Shown here: one piece after another, positions 45,108 to 53,912 of the stretch
How the letters are laid out: each line of letters opens with the position of its first letter
Numbering within the stretch: position 1 is the stretch's first letter
DNA from: an uncultured Gammaproteobacteria bacterium
GTDB lineage: Bacteria > Patescibacteriota > Microgenomatia > UBA10105 > UBA927
Assembly: GCA_964515005.1 (NCBI GenBank)
Contig: CAZEVT010000001.1
Coordinates: 310,720 to 374,719 of the forward strand
Direction: 5' to 3'
Length of the DNA stretch: 64,000 bases
The notes under the pieces: generated by a model
Told to the model about the DNA's origin: nothing
The model's database searches: none
The model's input: the letters and a program-made list of their open reading frames with translations, nothing else
Program-made: the position numbers and the translations under genes

Positions 45108-46013
45108 TTACCGGATTATATACCTATACCATCCGATGCGTGAGACGAGAGGAAAGACCAGAAGAACCATCATGTAAGCAAGTTTTTGTACCGGCCCGAA
45201 CTGTTTTGCTGCCTGTATCTCATTCAGTAACCAAGGGATAAAAGCCATGGGATAGGGTAGTGTCTTGATGTCAACATGTACGTGGGATGTCGTCCACGCA
45301 TCGGAGTACCCGTTCCAATAAGCAGTGGTAAGAAAAGGCCAGAGGCGGGTGCGGGGAACCGCATATGCCGTAATAGTAGGGTCAAACCAGACGATGTTCC
45401 CTTGCTCAAGGAGGGTGAGTCCTAATTCTACGTCCTCATTGCGGTAATAGGTGGGTCCGTCGGTGGGGAAGCCGACGGTTTGTATCACACTCCGGCGGAT
45501 CGCCATGGCTTCGCAGTCAAACATGCGCCCGAGGCGTAATTGCTGGATCCGGTTTGGTGCGTCAAGCATACTGCGGATTCCTTTGGTGTAATAGCTGTAT
45601 TGGACGGCGGCGTAGATATTGGTAGGCCGGGCATTTTTGATGTGCCCCATGACTGCCGAAAGACGCGGGTTTTTCTGAAAATGCTCACGAAACTTTTCAA
45701 GGTACCGTGGGTGGGCCGCAAGATCATCATCGAGATAGACAATGAGATCTCCATGGGCTTTTTGGTTCGCGAGGTTTCGTCCAAATGGCGTGGTGTGGTG
45801 CCTTGTGTTGTTGATTTTCGTGAGGGGAAGGCGGGGAGAAAACCCATCGCACACCCGTTCCGTTTCTTGAAAGAGCCGACGGCTACCGTTGACCACGAGA
45901 ACTTCCATCGGTTTGACCGTTTGCCGGGTAACGGTGAGAAGACATCTTTTCAAAAGTTGTGGTCGGTCGCAGGTGAGAATAACAAGGCTTACCGTCAGTG
46001 TTTTATGTTTCAT
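45108..46013 (-). CDS. family 2 glycosyltransferase
   Basis: VSLVILTCDRP...VLVVNGS...YLDDD motifs. Confidence 0.8.
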   Translation of the reverse strand: MKHKTLTVSLVILTCDRPQLLKRCLLTVTRQTVKPMEVLVVNGSRRLFQETERVCDGFSPRLPLTKINNTRHHTTPFGRNLANQKAHGDLIVYLDDDLAAHPRYLEKFREHFQKNPRLSAVMGHIKNARPTNIYAAVQYSYYTKGIRSMLDAPNRIQQLRLGRMFDCEAMAIRRSVIQTVGFPTDGPTYYRNEDVELGLTLLEQGNIVWFDPTITAYAVPRTRLWPFLTTAYWNGYSDAWTTSHVHVDIKTLPYPMAFIPWLLNEIQAAKQFGPVQKLAYMMVLLVFPLVSRIGWYRYIIR

Positions 46014-47031
46014 GAAGGGGCGGAGTATAGAGAGATCTCCCTGTGGTGATCATGGATGCAATATCCCCCACAACGGAGAGTTTATTTTTTTTGATGGCAT
46101 CTTTGGCAGTGCAGATGAGCCAACAATCATTACAGACTTCAGCTTTCGGCAAAAAATGCTGTCTTGGTTTTGAACACCATATTTGTTCAAATGATTGTTT
46201 CCGTAAGTTTCCGATAGGCCAGTTTTTTATTTGACACATAAAGATATTGGCAAACGGATCCATATAAAAAAAGTTTTCTCCGGCCCCACAGCGCAGGGGG
46301 CGTTGGTGGTGAACCATATACTCGTACGAGTATCGATTAAACCATGCTTTCCCCCAGTCTTTCGGGTTGAGGCTTTTGATTTGTTTTTTAAACAGTCTGT
46401 CAAAATCAGCTTTTACATCTTCAGGTTTGGGTTGCAGCGGAGTTTTGCCTGTGCCGAAGTAGATCGGCGAGTCATGGACGATGTTGAGAGAGAAGGATAA
46501 GCCCTCTTTTTTACAATAGTCATACACGGTATGGAGCTCATGTTTATTTATATTCATGAGGGTGAAGGTGAGTCCTATGTCTTTTACTCCGGCCTTTTTG
46601 AGTATGGCGACTGTTTGTAACACCTTTTCAAACGCATGAGGAATGCGGCGTACTTTTTCGTGCGTTTTACCCCAACCATCAAGCGATACCCGGAAGGCGA
46701 TTTTGGGGTCTGCAGCAACAATAGCGGGCACGTATTTTTGTATTTTTTCCGGGAGAAAGCCGTTGGTGGTGATGAGAATCCGTGCTCTCGGGCAGGTTAT
46801 TCGTACTGTTTGGACAATCTCGGGTATGTCATTTCTTAGGAACGGTTCACCGCCGGTAATATCGACCATTTCGAGACTTGCAGGAAGCTTGCGATATACC
46901 TCAATGGGCAGAAAGTCCATGCCTCTGTTTTTCCAGATATCACAATGAATACAGCGTGAGTTACAAAGGAGAGTCACTGCCAAAAATGCGCTGGTTGGTA
47001 ACGATGATGGTATTGTCTGGTTTGTTTGCAT
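46003..47031 (-). CDS. radical SAM enzyme with C-terminal SPASM/twitch domain
   Basis: CNSRCIHC (Cx3Cx2C) and a glycine-rich SAM motif (DITGGEPFL). A C-terminal Cys cluster (CGAGENFFYMDPFANIFMCQ...CNDCWLIC) matches SPASM. Confidence 0.8.
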   Translation of the reverse strand: MQTNQTIPSSLPTSAFLAVTLLCNSRCIHCDIWKNRGMDFLPIEVYRKLPASLEMVDITGGEPFLRNDIPEIVQTVRITCPRARILITTNGFLPEKIQKYVPAIVAADPKIAFRVSLDGWGKTHEKVRRIPHAFEKVLQTVAILKKAGVKDIGLTFTLMNINKHELHTVYDYCKKEGLSFSLNIVHDSPIYFGTGKTPLQPKPEDVKADFDRLFKKQIKSLNPKDWGKAWFNRYSYEYMVHHQRPLRCGAGENFFYMDPFANIFMCQIKNWPIGNLRKQSFEQIWCSKPRQHFLPKAEVCNDCWLICTAKDAIKKNKLSVVGDIASMITTGRSLYTPPLHET

Positions 47032-47042
47032 ACGTCTTTACG

Positions 47043-47525
47043 TTAGACCCACCCAGCGACAAGAGAGTCAAGATGTGTAATAAGTTTACTATTATTTTCT
47101 TGAACTGGTTTTGTTTTACTCTTTATGATGAATATATCTTTGAGCAATGTGTTATCTGCAATAATGCACACGAGTCTGCGCTTTGCCATAAATCGACAAA
47201 AGTCGACCTGATGATCATTTAAGTGTTCACCGAATTGTTTTTGTCTGGGCAGTACCCATGGGATTTTGCCGAATGACAGTGCCTGATAAATGGTCGCCGG
47301 CCCGCCATGGCAGATAATAACCCGCGCACGTTTCATGCCATCCATGAGTTTTTCGTGGGAAATAAAAGCATGCAGTTCTATATGCGCATGCATGCCTTTT
47401 GGTGGGGTACGGCCATATTGAAAGATGATTTTTTCTTGAGGGTTGCAGATTGCTGCGATCTCTTGCACGAGGTTAGCCATACGGGTAAAAGGAAAGAGTG
47501 TAGACCCTACGGTCACAAGAATCAT
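47043..47525 (-). CDS. Alg13-like glycosyltransferase catalytic subunit (Glyco_tran_28_C)
   Basis: MILVTVGSTLFPF ... ICHGGPATIYQALSFGKIPWVLP ... HQVDF, the Alg13/MurG C-terminal half. Confidence 0.7.
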   Translation of the reverse strand: MILVTVGSTLFPFTRMANLVQEIAAICNPQEKIIFQYGRTPPKGMHAHIELHAFISHEKLMDGMKRARVIICHGGPATIYQALSFGKIPWVLPRQKQFGEHLNDHQVDFCRFMAKRRLVCIIADNTLLKDIFIIKSKTKPVQENNSKLITHLDSLVAGWV

Positions 47526-47977
47526 AATATAGCTCCTTTATAGTGAGCTTTGGGATAAAACGTGCGCTGATGCGGGTGTTGTACAAGCATTACATCGACC
47601 AATGGAGCAAGGAGTCGTCCGGTCAGACTTGGATGGGCCACTAAATCGTACGGTTCTATAAACACCGTTTTGATTCCCAGGAGCTTTCCTATATAAAAGA
47701 ACGGCGGGGCAATACCGGCGCCACAACTTATAAGAAGGCTGGGTTGTTCGCGTCGCAAAATCGTCCAAGCCAGAAAGATATGGCGTAGCGCGTTAGGAAG
47801 GTTTCTGGTTTCCGGATAATAGCCATAATACACGCGTTCTCCTGCAAGCAGGGATGTGGTGTCTTCTCCGGGGAATGTAACCCAGAAGCGGTGATATTTT
47901 TTCCACCATGGCTTGAGCCGGTACATCTGAAACAAATGTCCGCCACGAGAGGTAATAATGCCTATTTTTGGATTCAT
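47522..47977 (-). CDS. Alg14-like glycosyltransferase membrane/acceptor subunit
   Basis: IGIITSRGGHLFQMY (SxGGH) and PSLTGRLLAPLVDVMLVQ, Alg14/PssD-like. The start is set at MNPKIG, 2 nt after the upstream stop. It overlaps the Alg13-like gene by 4 nt. Confidence 0.65.
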   Translation of the reverse strand: MNPKIGIITSRGGHLFQMYRLKPWWKKYHRFWVTFPGEDTTSLLAGERVYYGYYPETRNLPNALRHIFLAWTILRREQPSLLISCGAGIAPPFFYIGKLLGIKTVFIEPYDLVAHPSLTGRLLAPLVDVMLVQHPHQRTFYPKAHYKGAIL

Positions 47978-48855
47978 CGATTCGTAGTGTATCCCCATAG
48001 TCTGATCCATGCAAGAGTAATATATACCAGCGGCAGCAGGAGCGCCTCTTTCCATTGCAGTCGATATATATACGATAGTTCTCTTTTCCAAGCGCTTTGG
48101 ATATGAAGAAGCAGTTTTTTTGTCGGGATGGCTCCAAGACGCTCTGATGGGTCGAGAATACGGTCTAGATATCCTTCGCTTGCCGCAAACCGCCGGTGTT
48201 GGGCGATACATCCTGCAAATGTTGTTCGTTCGTGATGAAATGCAATGATTGAGGAGTCAAAATATATGGGGACACCCTGTCGCTTGAGGCGTAGGCCAAG
48301 TTCTATGTCTTCTGATCCACGTGTCATGACAGGATTGAAACCGTGATATTTGTGAAAGAGTTTGCGCGGGAGAGACGCATTTTTATTATCAAACGTTTTA
48401 AGCTTCGAGGGGCCGATTTTCATAGCTTCGAGCCAGTTTTTATAATGGTCGCCCATGATATCCACGTAGAGATTGTCATGTGGTATGCTATGGGTTATGC
48501 CTTGTATGAGGGCGTTTGGGTGTTTTTGGTGGGCGCGCCGTATGGCGGCCATAAAGGCAGGGTTGGCGATACAGTCGTCATCCAAAAAGACAATGATTTG
48601 ACCACGAGCTTTGCGTACAGCCAGATTATACAGCCTCGGGTACCCGGCAACGGTCGTCCTGTACGATCGAATGGGCAGGAGTGATTCAAATGAAGCAATG
48701 ACGAGCCCTGTCTCATCGGTTGAGGCATTGTCGATGAGAATTATTTCGTCTCCGGGATTGGTTTGGCCGACCAAGGATGCGAGGTTTTTTTTGAGGAATA
48801 CTGCTCGATTCTTGGTCAGGGTGATGATGGAAAGGCTGGGTGAGGATTGTTTCAT
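47974..48855 (-). CDS. family 2 glycosyltransferase
   Basis: LSIITLTKNR...IILIDNAS...FLDDD motifs. The start is set at MKQSSPS (48855), adjacent to the upstream stop. Confidence 0.75.
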   Translation of the reverse strand: MKQSSPSLSIITLTKNRAVFLKKNLASLVGQTNPGDEIILIDNASTDETGLVIASFESLLPIRSYRTTVAGYPRLYNLAVRKARGQIIVFLDDDCIANPAFMAAIRRAHQKHPNALIQGITHSIPHDNLYVDIMGDHYKNWLEAMKIGPSKLKTFDNKNASLPRKLFHKYHGFNPVMTRGSEDIELGLRLKRQGVPIYFDSSIIAFHHERTTFAGCIAQHRRFAASEGYLDRILDPSERLGAIPTKKLLLHIQSAWKRELSYIYRLQWKEALLLPLVYITLAWIRLWGYTTNR

Positions 48856-50867
48856 TGGGTGGTAATGGTTGGAATCGACGCAATGTCGCTTTCGAAACTG
48901 CCGGGCACCGGCAGCATGGAAAGATCTTCCCATACGAGAGCACAGCCGTTGCGGGCGTAGGGATTACTCATGCAGACAATCAGTGTTTGGTGGGCGGCCT
49001 GTTGATCGCCAGTCCAGTAGTATTGGGCGCTAGCAAGCTCCATATGGTAGTACCCCCATTGAGGTGCCCCGTCGCGGGCAACGGTCCAAAAAAGTATCGT
49101 TGCATCTTTGTTACCCGTGGTTTCAAACAAGGAACGACCGACGAAATAAAAGAACTTTGCGGGTCCATCTATCCCCGAGAGATATCCGAGAGTTTGTAGA
49201 AATGAGGAGCTCTCGAGATAGTGTTGAAATTCATCTTTTTGCATATACGTACACAGTGAAGGAGAGGCACGAGATGAACCCTTTTTTGTCAAAGAACATA
49301 CTGCCTCGCCAGCCCCGCGTAGATCATGTATGTCTATGCGAGAGAGTATATATGCTTGGAGATAGGCATAGTTGTAGGGGTCAATAGACAAGAGCGTTTC
49401 ATATAAGGGAAATGAGTTTTCGGGTGTCGCCCTTTTGGCTAGGGCAAAAAGTATATCGGGGTCTTTCCTATAGAGAAATAGCATACGGGATTGCATCGCC
49501 AATGGGAGAGCGGGAACGGACGATTGTATCATGTGTAAAATGATTTCCTTGCGGTACGGCGCGAGCATGCCAGCAAGGGTAGTGCGGCCGGAAAAGAGTG
49601 CTATGCTACTTATTGTATAACTGAGTACATACAGCCAGAGTATGCCTAGCAGTACCCCTTGGAGGGCCTTAAGGGGGCCAGTCAGCGATGATTGACCCAA
49701 GGTATTTCTTATCAGTATGCCAATACTTGCCCACACGAGAAGCCAGATGGACAGTTGATCGAGGGTCACCTCAAATGTGCTATACAGAATTGTAAGGAGG
49801 ACACTGGTTGCAAGCGCTTTTTCCCATGGGTTCTTGTTTGTGTGTTTCAACTTTCTCACCATATGTGATATGACGATTCCAAAAAGAAAAAAGATTGATA
49901 TAGTGCCCAACACGCCGTTTTCTGCCAGTGTTTGTAACGGGAATGAGTGGGCGTACCGCGCATATTGCCCTGCGTTCGTTTGATAGGCCCGCGATGCGAG
50001 GGTAAAGGTGCCCGGGCCTATGCCAAAAACAGGTGCGTGGCGAATTGCTTTGACTGCTTGGTCTATAAACGCCCATCGCTCTTGGTTAACCGGCATATCT
50101 TTAAGAAAGAAGCGATTCAATGGATAGTGTGCGATAATGGCCGCTGTTTGTTCATAGGGGATGAGCGAGAGCCAGACGAGCGAGAAAAGGGCTATAGCCA
50201 TGGCACACATGCCCAAAGCAAGATGCCTATGATGTTTCAAGCGAAAATCTTCTACCACTATTGTGATAAGCCAGAGGACTATGATCAGGATTGCGCCACG
50301 GGCGCCGCTTAGGATAAGCGCCACACAAGCGGCAACCAGGGTGATACGCGACACTGCGGTCGGATGGTTTCGGTGATCCACAAGAAAAAGAGGGAAAAAA
50401 AATACCAGAAGATACGCGATGGGGTGGTGGCCATTGACCGCAATCATGCCGGTATATGCCGGAAGCAGATGTTGAAGCGGGGCGACGACAACAAGGAGTA
50501 GAAATGTCGCCAGAATGATGCGCCCCAAAAGGACCAGGGAAGAAGGAAATGCAGAGCGATATGTTTTTGTGTGCGATGCTATCCACGCCATGAGGAGAAA
50601 GGCCTCTATATATCTCACAACGACAGGTATTGACGAGGCGATGCTATGAGATATGGCTGTTGTAACAAGGAGACTGGCAAAAACTGCTATCCACAAAAAT
50701 TTTATATATTTTGATATAAAACGGAGTGAATTTTTTTGGAATGGCCTCGTGACATACAGGATACATATGATGAATGCCCAGTACACCTCTACCAAATTGT
50801 CTATATTCTGTGGCAGAAACAGGGAAATAAAAAAGAAGATAAAAAACACGCCAATACTTACAGACAC
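48852..50867 (-). CDS. O-antigen ligase/Wzy-like polytopic membrane protein with large C-terminal extracytoplasmic domain
   Basis: 671 aa. It has about 12 TM helices with a Wzy_C-like core (LSGARGAILIIVLWLI). The C-terminal ~250 aa are soluble and may be helical-repeat-like. Confidence 0.55.
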   Translation of the reverse strand: MSVSIGVFFIFFFISLFLPQNIDNLVEVYWAFIICILYVTRPFQKNSLRFISKYIKFLWIAVFASLLVTTAISHSIASSIPVVVRYIEAFLLMAWIASHTKTYRSAFPSSLVLLGRIILATFLLLVVVAPLQHLLPAYTGMIAVNGHHPIAYLLVFFFPLFLVDHRNHPTAVSRITLVAACVALILSGARGAILIIVLWLITIVVEDFRLKHHRHLALGMCAMAIALFSLVWLSLIPYEQTAAIIAHYPLNRFFLKDMPVNQERWAFIDQAVKAIRHAPVFGIGPGTFTLASRAYQTNAGQYARYAHSFPLQTLAENGVLGTISIFFLFGIVISHMVRKLKHTNKNPWEKALATSVLLTILYSTFEVTLDQLSIWLLVWASIGILIRNTLGQSSLTGPLKALQGVLLGILWLYVLSYTISSIALFSGRTTLAGMLAPYRKEIILHMIQSSVPALPLAMQSRMLFLYRKDPDILFALAKRATPENSFPLYETLLSIDPYNYAYLQAYILSRIDIHDLRGAGEAVCSLTKKGSSRASPSLCTYMQKDEFQHYLESSSFLQTLGYLSGIDGPAKFFYFVGRSLFETTGNKDATILFWTVARDGAPQWGYYHMELASAQYYWTGDQQAAHQTLIVCMSNPYARNGCALVWEDLSMLPVPGSFESDIASIPTITTQ

Positions 50868-51664
50868 TTTTGAGTGCGCGCGACCCCGGATGCCGCTGCC
50901 GAGCAGTCGGTAACGGCAGGATCTTTACACGTGCTATTGGTGACCGTGTAGTATGTGCCGCTTACATCGCAGGCTGGGGCAGAGGTGATATATCCGGTTG
51001 TACCTGTCGTAGTGTTGGCATCAAAGCTTGCATATCCTGACCCATTCGTACAGGCGTCACACGTATACAGACTGGTAACTTCTTGTGTTTCTACTCCACT
51101 ACAGTTCCAGTCATGGGTCAGAGACGCATTCACGTTATTGGTAAACGTTCCGCTAAAGTACGTAACTTGTCCGGGGTTTGCATTGGCATCACTAGTGCCG
51201 CAGTCAACCGTTGTTGCCGTTAATTTATTTTTTCGGACGTAGCCGGCGCCACCGCTTGTAGAACACGTCGTTGGGCTTGCGGAGTAGCCATCCGCGTCGC
51301 TATCCAGTACATAGCATTTGACGCCGGGATTCAGACTGATAAAACTTCCCGACACCGCAAGCGTACCTCCCGTCATACTGAGATTGCCGACTCCTAAGTA
51401 TGTGAAGGCGCCGGAGGCTCCGGAATTTATCGTGACGGTGACTCCGGGTGGGACAATGACTTTGTACCCATTCAGTGCATCATCGGCACCGCTTGAATAA
51501 TCGTAGTATTCTGCTGATTGACCATCAATGCCGCAGGTTACTGCGGTGACAATCCCATCGGGATCATTATGTGCCCAACCACAGGCTGCATAGGCAACAG
51601 ACCGTCCCTGCACAAAGAAGAAAAACACTAAAAAAAGAAGCGTATATCGTAGTAAGTTTTTCAT
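50858..51664 (-). CDS. secreted Cys/Gly/Thr-rich hypothetical protein
   Basis: Signal peptide (MKNLLRYTLLFLVFFFFVQGRSVAYA) and 16 Cys. No family recognised. Confidence 0.5.
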   Translation of the reverse strand: MKNLLRYTLLFLVFFFFVQGRSVAYAACGWAHNDPDGIVTAVTCGIDGQSAEYYDYSSGADDALNGYKVIVPPGVTVTINSGASGAFTYLGVGNLSMTGGTLAVSGSFISLNPGVKCYVLDSDADGYSASPTTCSTSGGAGYVRKNKLTATTVDCGTSDANANPGQVTYFSGTFTNNVNASLTHDWNCSGVETQEVTSLYTCDACTNGSGYASFDANTTTGTTGYITSAPACDVSGTYYTVTNSTCKDPAVTDCSAAASGVARTQKCL

Positions 51665-52212
51665 TTTCGTTCCCGTATCGTAATTGTCACCATTCCTTTA
51701 TTGTATGCTGATTGCGCAGTGACGCCGACAATATAGTTATAGGTATAACTTTCCGGCACAGTCCATGATACTTGCCAACTGCCGTTGTCTGCAGTCCCCG
51801 CTACCCGCGCCAGCGGTAATTTGGTGGTTTTGGTGTCCGTGCGTATAGCAAGGGCGGCTTGAGTAACTGGATATTTATTGGGTATGTTGACCGTAAATGT
51901 TTGTGTGGCCCCAACAGCAGGATCCAACGGATCGATTGCGACTTCGGCAATATTAATATCTGTTGTTGAACCACCGCTTACCCGATAGGTATCTTTTCCA
52001 TGAAATAGCTTCGTCGGCGTTGGTGTGGGGGTTGGGCGAGAGGACTCTTCCGGGGCGAACGTACTGCTTTGCTCTTGGTTCCGGAGTGTTTGGAGGATTT
52101 TTTGGGTGCGGTATGCGTAGGCCGCCGCAAGCAGAATAATAATGAGAAGAGCTACGCTGACAGCGACGCCAGTGTTCTTTTTTTTACTTTTTGATCGGTC
52201 AGTCGTTCCCAT
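51661..52212 (-). CDS. membrane-anchored hypothetical protein with PT-repeat linker
   Basis: A TM anchor, then a PTPTPTPT linker, then a beta-rich (Ig-like?) domain. Confidence 0.5.
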   Translation of the reverse strand: MGTTDRSKSKKKNTGVAVSVALLIIILLAAAYAYRTQKILQTLRNQEQSSTFAPEESSRPTPTPTPTKLFHGKDTYRVSGGSTTDINIAEVAIDPLDPAVGATQTFTVNIPNKYPVTQAALAIRTDTKTTKLPLARVAGTADNGSWQVSWTVPESYTYNYIVGVTAQSAYNKGMVTITIRERK

Positions 52213-52283
52213 AGAGGCAGCCGAGAGCGGACTCTTATTTAGTCATACCCCATATCACCATAGTTGTCAACTCCCCGCGTTCG

Positions 52284-53912
52284 TCAGAAATAACCCTCTT
52301 GGATTAGTGTACGCTTTTTTTCTTCATCAATCCAACCGGGAAATTCACTCTTGACTGGTTCATATACGGGGGGACCATTGAGGGTGGCACGAAGCGTATT
52401 GTAAAGATTCTGCATTATACCCGAGTTGGTTGCGACAATATTATTTTTTTCGCCGGGATCAAGTTTGAGGTTATAGAGCTCTAATTGTGGGATCGTCTGA
52501 TTACCTATATAGAGCTTCCATAGACCGTCCCGGATCGATTGTATGGTGTCTCCTCGATGCTGGCTTATCACATAGGAATCGCCCGTGGCATTGGGCTTGC
52601 CCAACAGGAGTGGTAGTAAACTTTTTCCTTCAAGTTGGCCTTTGAATTTCACGCCGATTATGTCAAGGAGGGTAGGGTATATATCGATACTTTGTCCTAA
52701 CGCATCATACGTTCCTTGTCTCACGCGGGGAGCAGACAGGATGAACGGTACGTACGTGGTCGTATTATAAATATTCCATCCATGATCAAATTCCCCATGT
52801 TCCATAAATTCTTCTCCGTGATCCGCGGTAAAAATGACAATGGTTTTTCTTTTTACTTCGGGTTTCGATACAAAGGAAAGGAGTGGTTTCAGGGTCTCGT
52901 CGAGGCCGTTGATGCGCTCATCATAGAGGCTCCGTACATAGGCAATCATGGCGGGATCCTTTTTATCAATTTTTTCCCAGTACCACGAAGCGTAGAGCTC
53001 ATATTGTTCATACCCTGGAAGTGACCATACCATGTCGCGAGCTTTTCGCAAATTACTGTGTACCAGAGCATCACGCAGTCCGTCCACAATGGCACTATTT
53101 CGCGTTTTACTTTCGGCATTCTCACTCTCTGTTAGGCGCCTGCGAAATTCCCCGAGCACAAATTGATAAAATGGTAATGTATCAGCCTCAAATTCTTTCC
53201 GAGTCAGAGGAATTTCCGGAAACGATTTGGGCACGTAACGCAGAGGTTCTTTTTCGGTGAGATACGGCGCGTGCACATAGTAGGTATGGAGAAACATAAA
53301 TGTTGGTTTTCCATCCAGAAATTTTGGCAGAAGCTTTTCATATTCAGCTCGCCACTCCGGTACCCAACTATTTATCGAATATATTTCATCAAACCCCCGC
53401 TCCAAGCCTTTGTCCAGAGGCAGATTCGGATCATCGGTAACACCTGCGTAGATGGTTCTATACCCATGGGTTTTTAGTGTTTGCGTCAAGGTCATAATGG
53501 CAGGATTGAGCGTATCTTTTAGCATATTGATCATGTGATGTTTACTGGGGTAGAGCCCGGTAAATATAGACATATGGCTATCTAAGGTGAACGAAGATTG
53601 TGAATAAAATCGGGAGAACAAAATATTTTGCGAAGCAAAGGCGCAAAGATTCGGCGCGGTATTGCGGGCGTACCCATAACAGGGCAACTCATCTGCGCGC
53701 AGGGTGTCCAAAGAGACCAAGATAATATTGCAATCCGGACAACTCGGTAGTCCCGGAATTATTTTTGGTGACCGATACACGATTTCGTCCACCAGTCGTC
53801 TAAGGAATGGGAAAGGACGGGGGAATACGTACGTTAATACCATAACTGCCCCCATACAAAGGACTATAAACGTACGATGTGATGTATATATTGGGTGTTT
53901 GATCTTACTCAT
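52284..53912 (-). CDS. sulfatase-fold (alkaline phosphatase superfamily) hydrolase/transferase, non-canonical nucleophile motif
   Basis: A TM anchor, then LVSLDTLRAD metal-binding start and the C-terminal ADHGEEFMEHGEFDHG of Pfam Sulfatase. The C/S-x-P-x-R formylglycine motif is replaced by T-L-D-S-H. Confidence 0.7.
   Translation of the reverse strand: MSKIKHPIYTSHRTFIVLCMGAVMVLTYVFPRPFPFLRRLVDEIVYRSPKIIPGLPSCPDCNIILVSLDTLRADELPCYGYARNTAPNLCAFASQNILFSRFYSQSSFTLDSHMSIFTGLYPSKHHMINMLKDTLNPAIMTLTQTLKTHGYRTIYAGVTDDPNLPLDKGLERGFDEIYSINSWVPEWRAEYEKLLPKFLDGKPTFMFLHTYYVHAPYLTEKEPLRYVPKSFPEIPLTRKEFEADTLPFYQFVLGEFRRRLTESENAESKTRNSAIVDGLRDALVHSNLRKARDMVWSLPGYEQYELYASWYWEKIDKKDPAMIAYVRSLYDERINGLDETLKPLLSFVSKPEVKRKTIVIFTADHGEEFMEHGEFDHGWNIYNTTTYVPFILSAPRVRQGTYDALGQSIDIYPTLLDIIGVKFKGQLEGKSLLPLLLGKPNATGDSYVISQHRGDTIQSIRDGLWKLYIGNQTIPQLELYNLKLDPGEKNNIVATNSGIMQNLYNTLRATLNGPPVYEPVKSEFPGWIDEEKKRTLIQEGYF

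Noticed and set aside
46003-47031. Anaerobic sulfatase-maturating enzyme (anSME) assignment for the radical SAM/SPASM protein
   Set aside because: Both nearby sulfatase-fold proteins lack the C/S-x-P-x-R formylglycine motif (Thr at the nucleophile position), so there is no obvious anSME substrate in the window.
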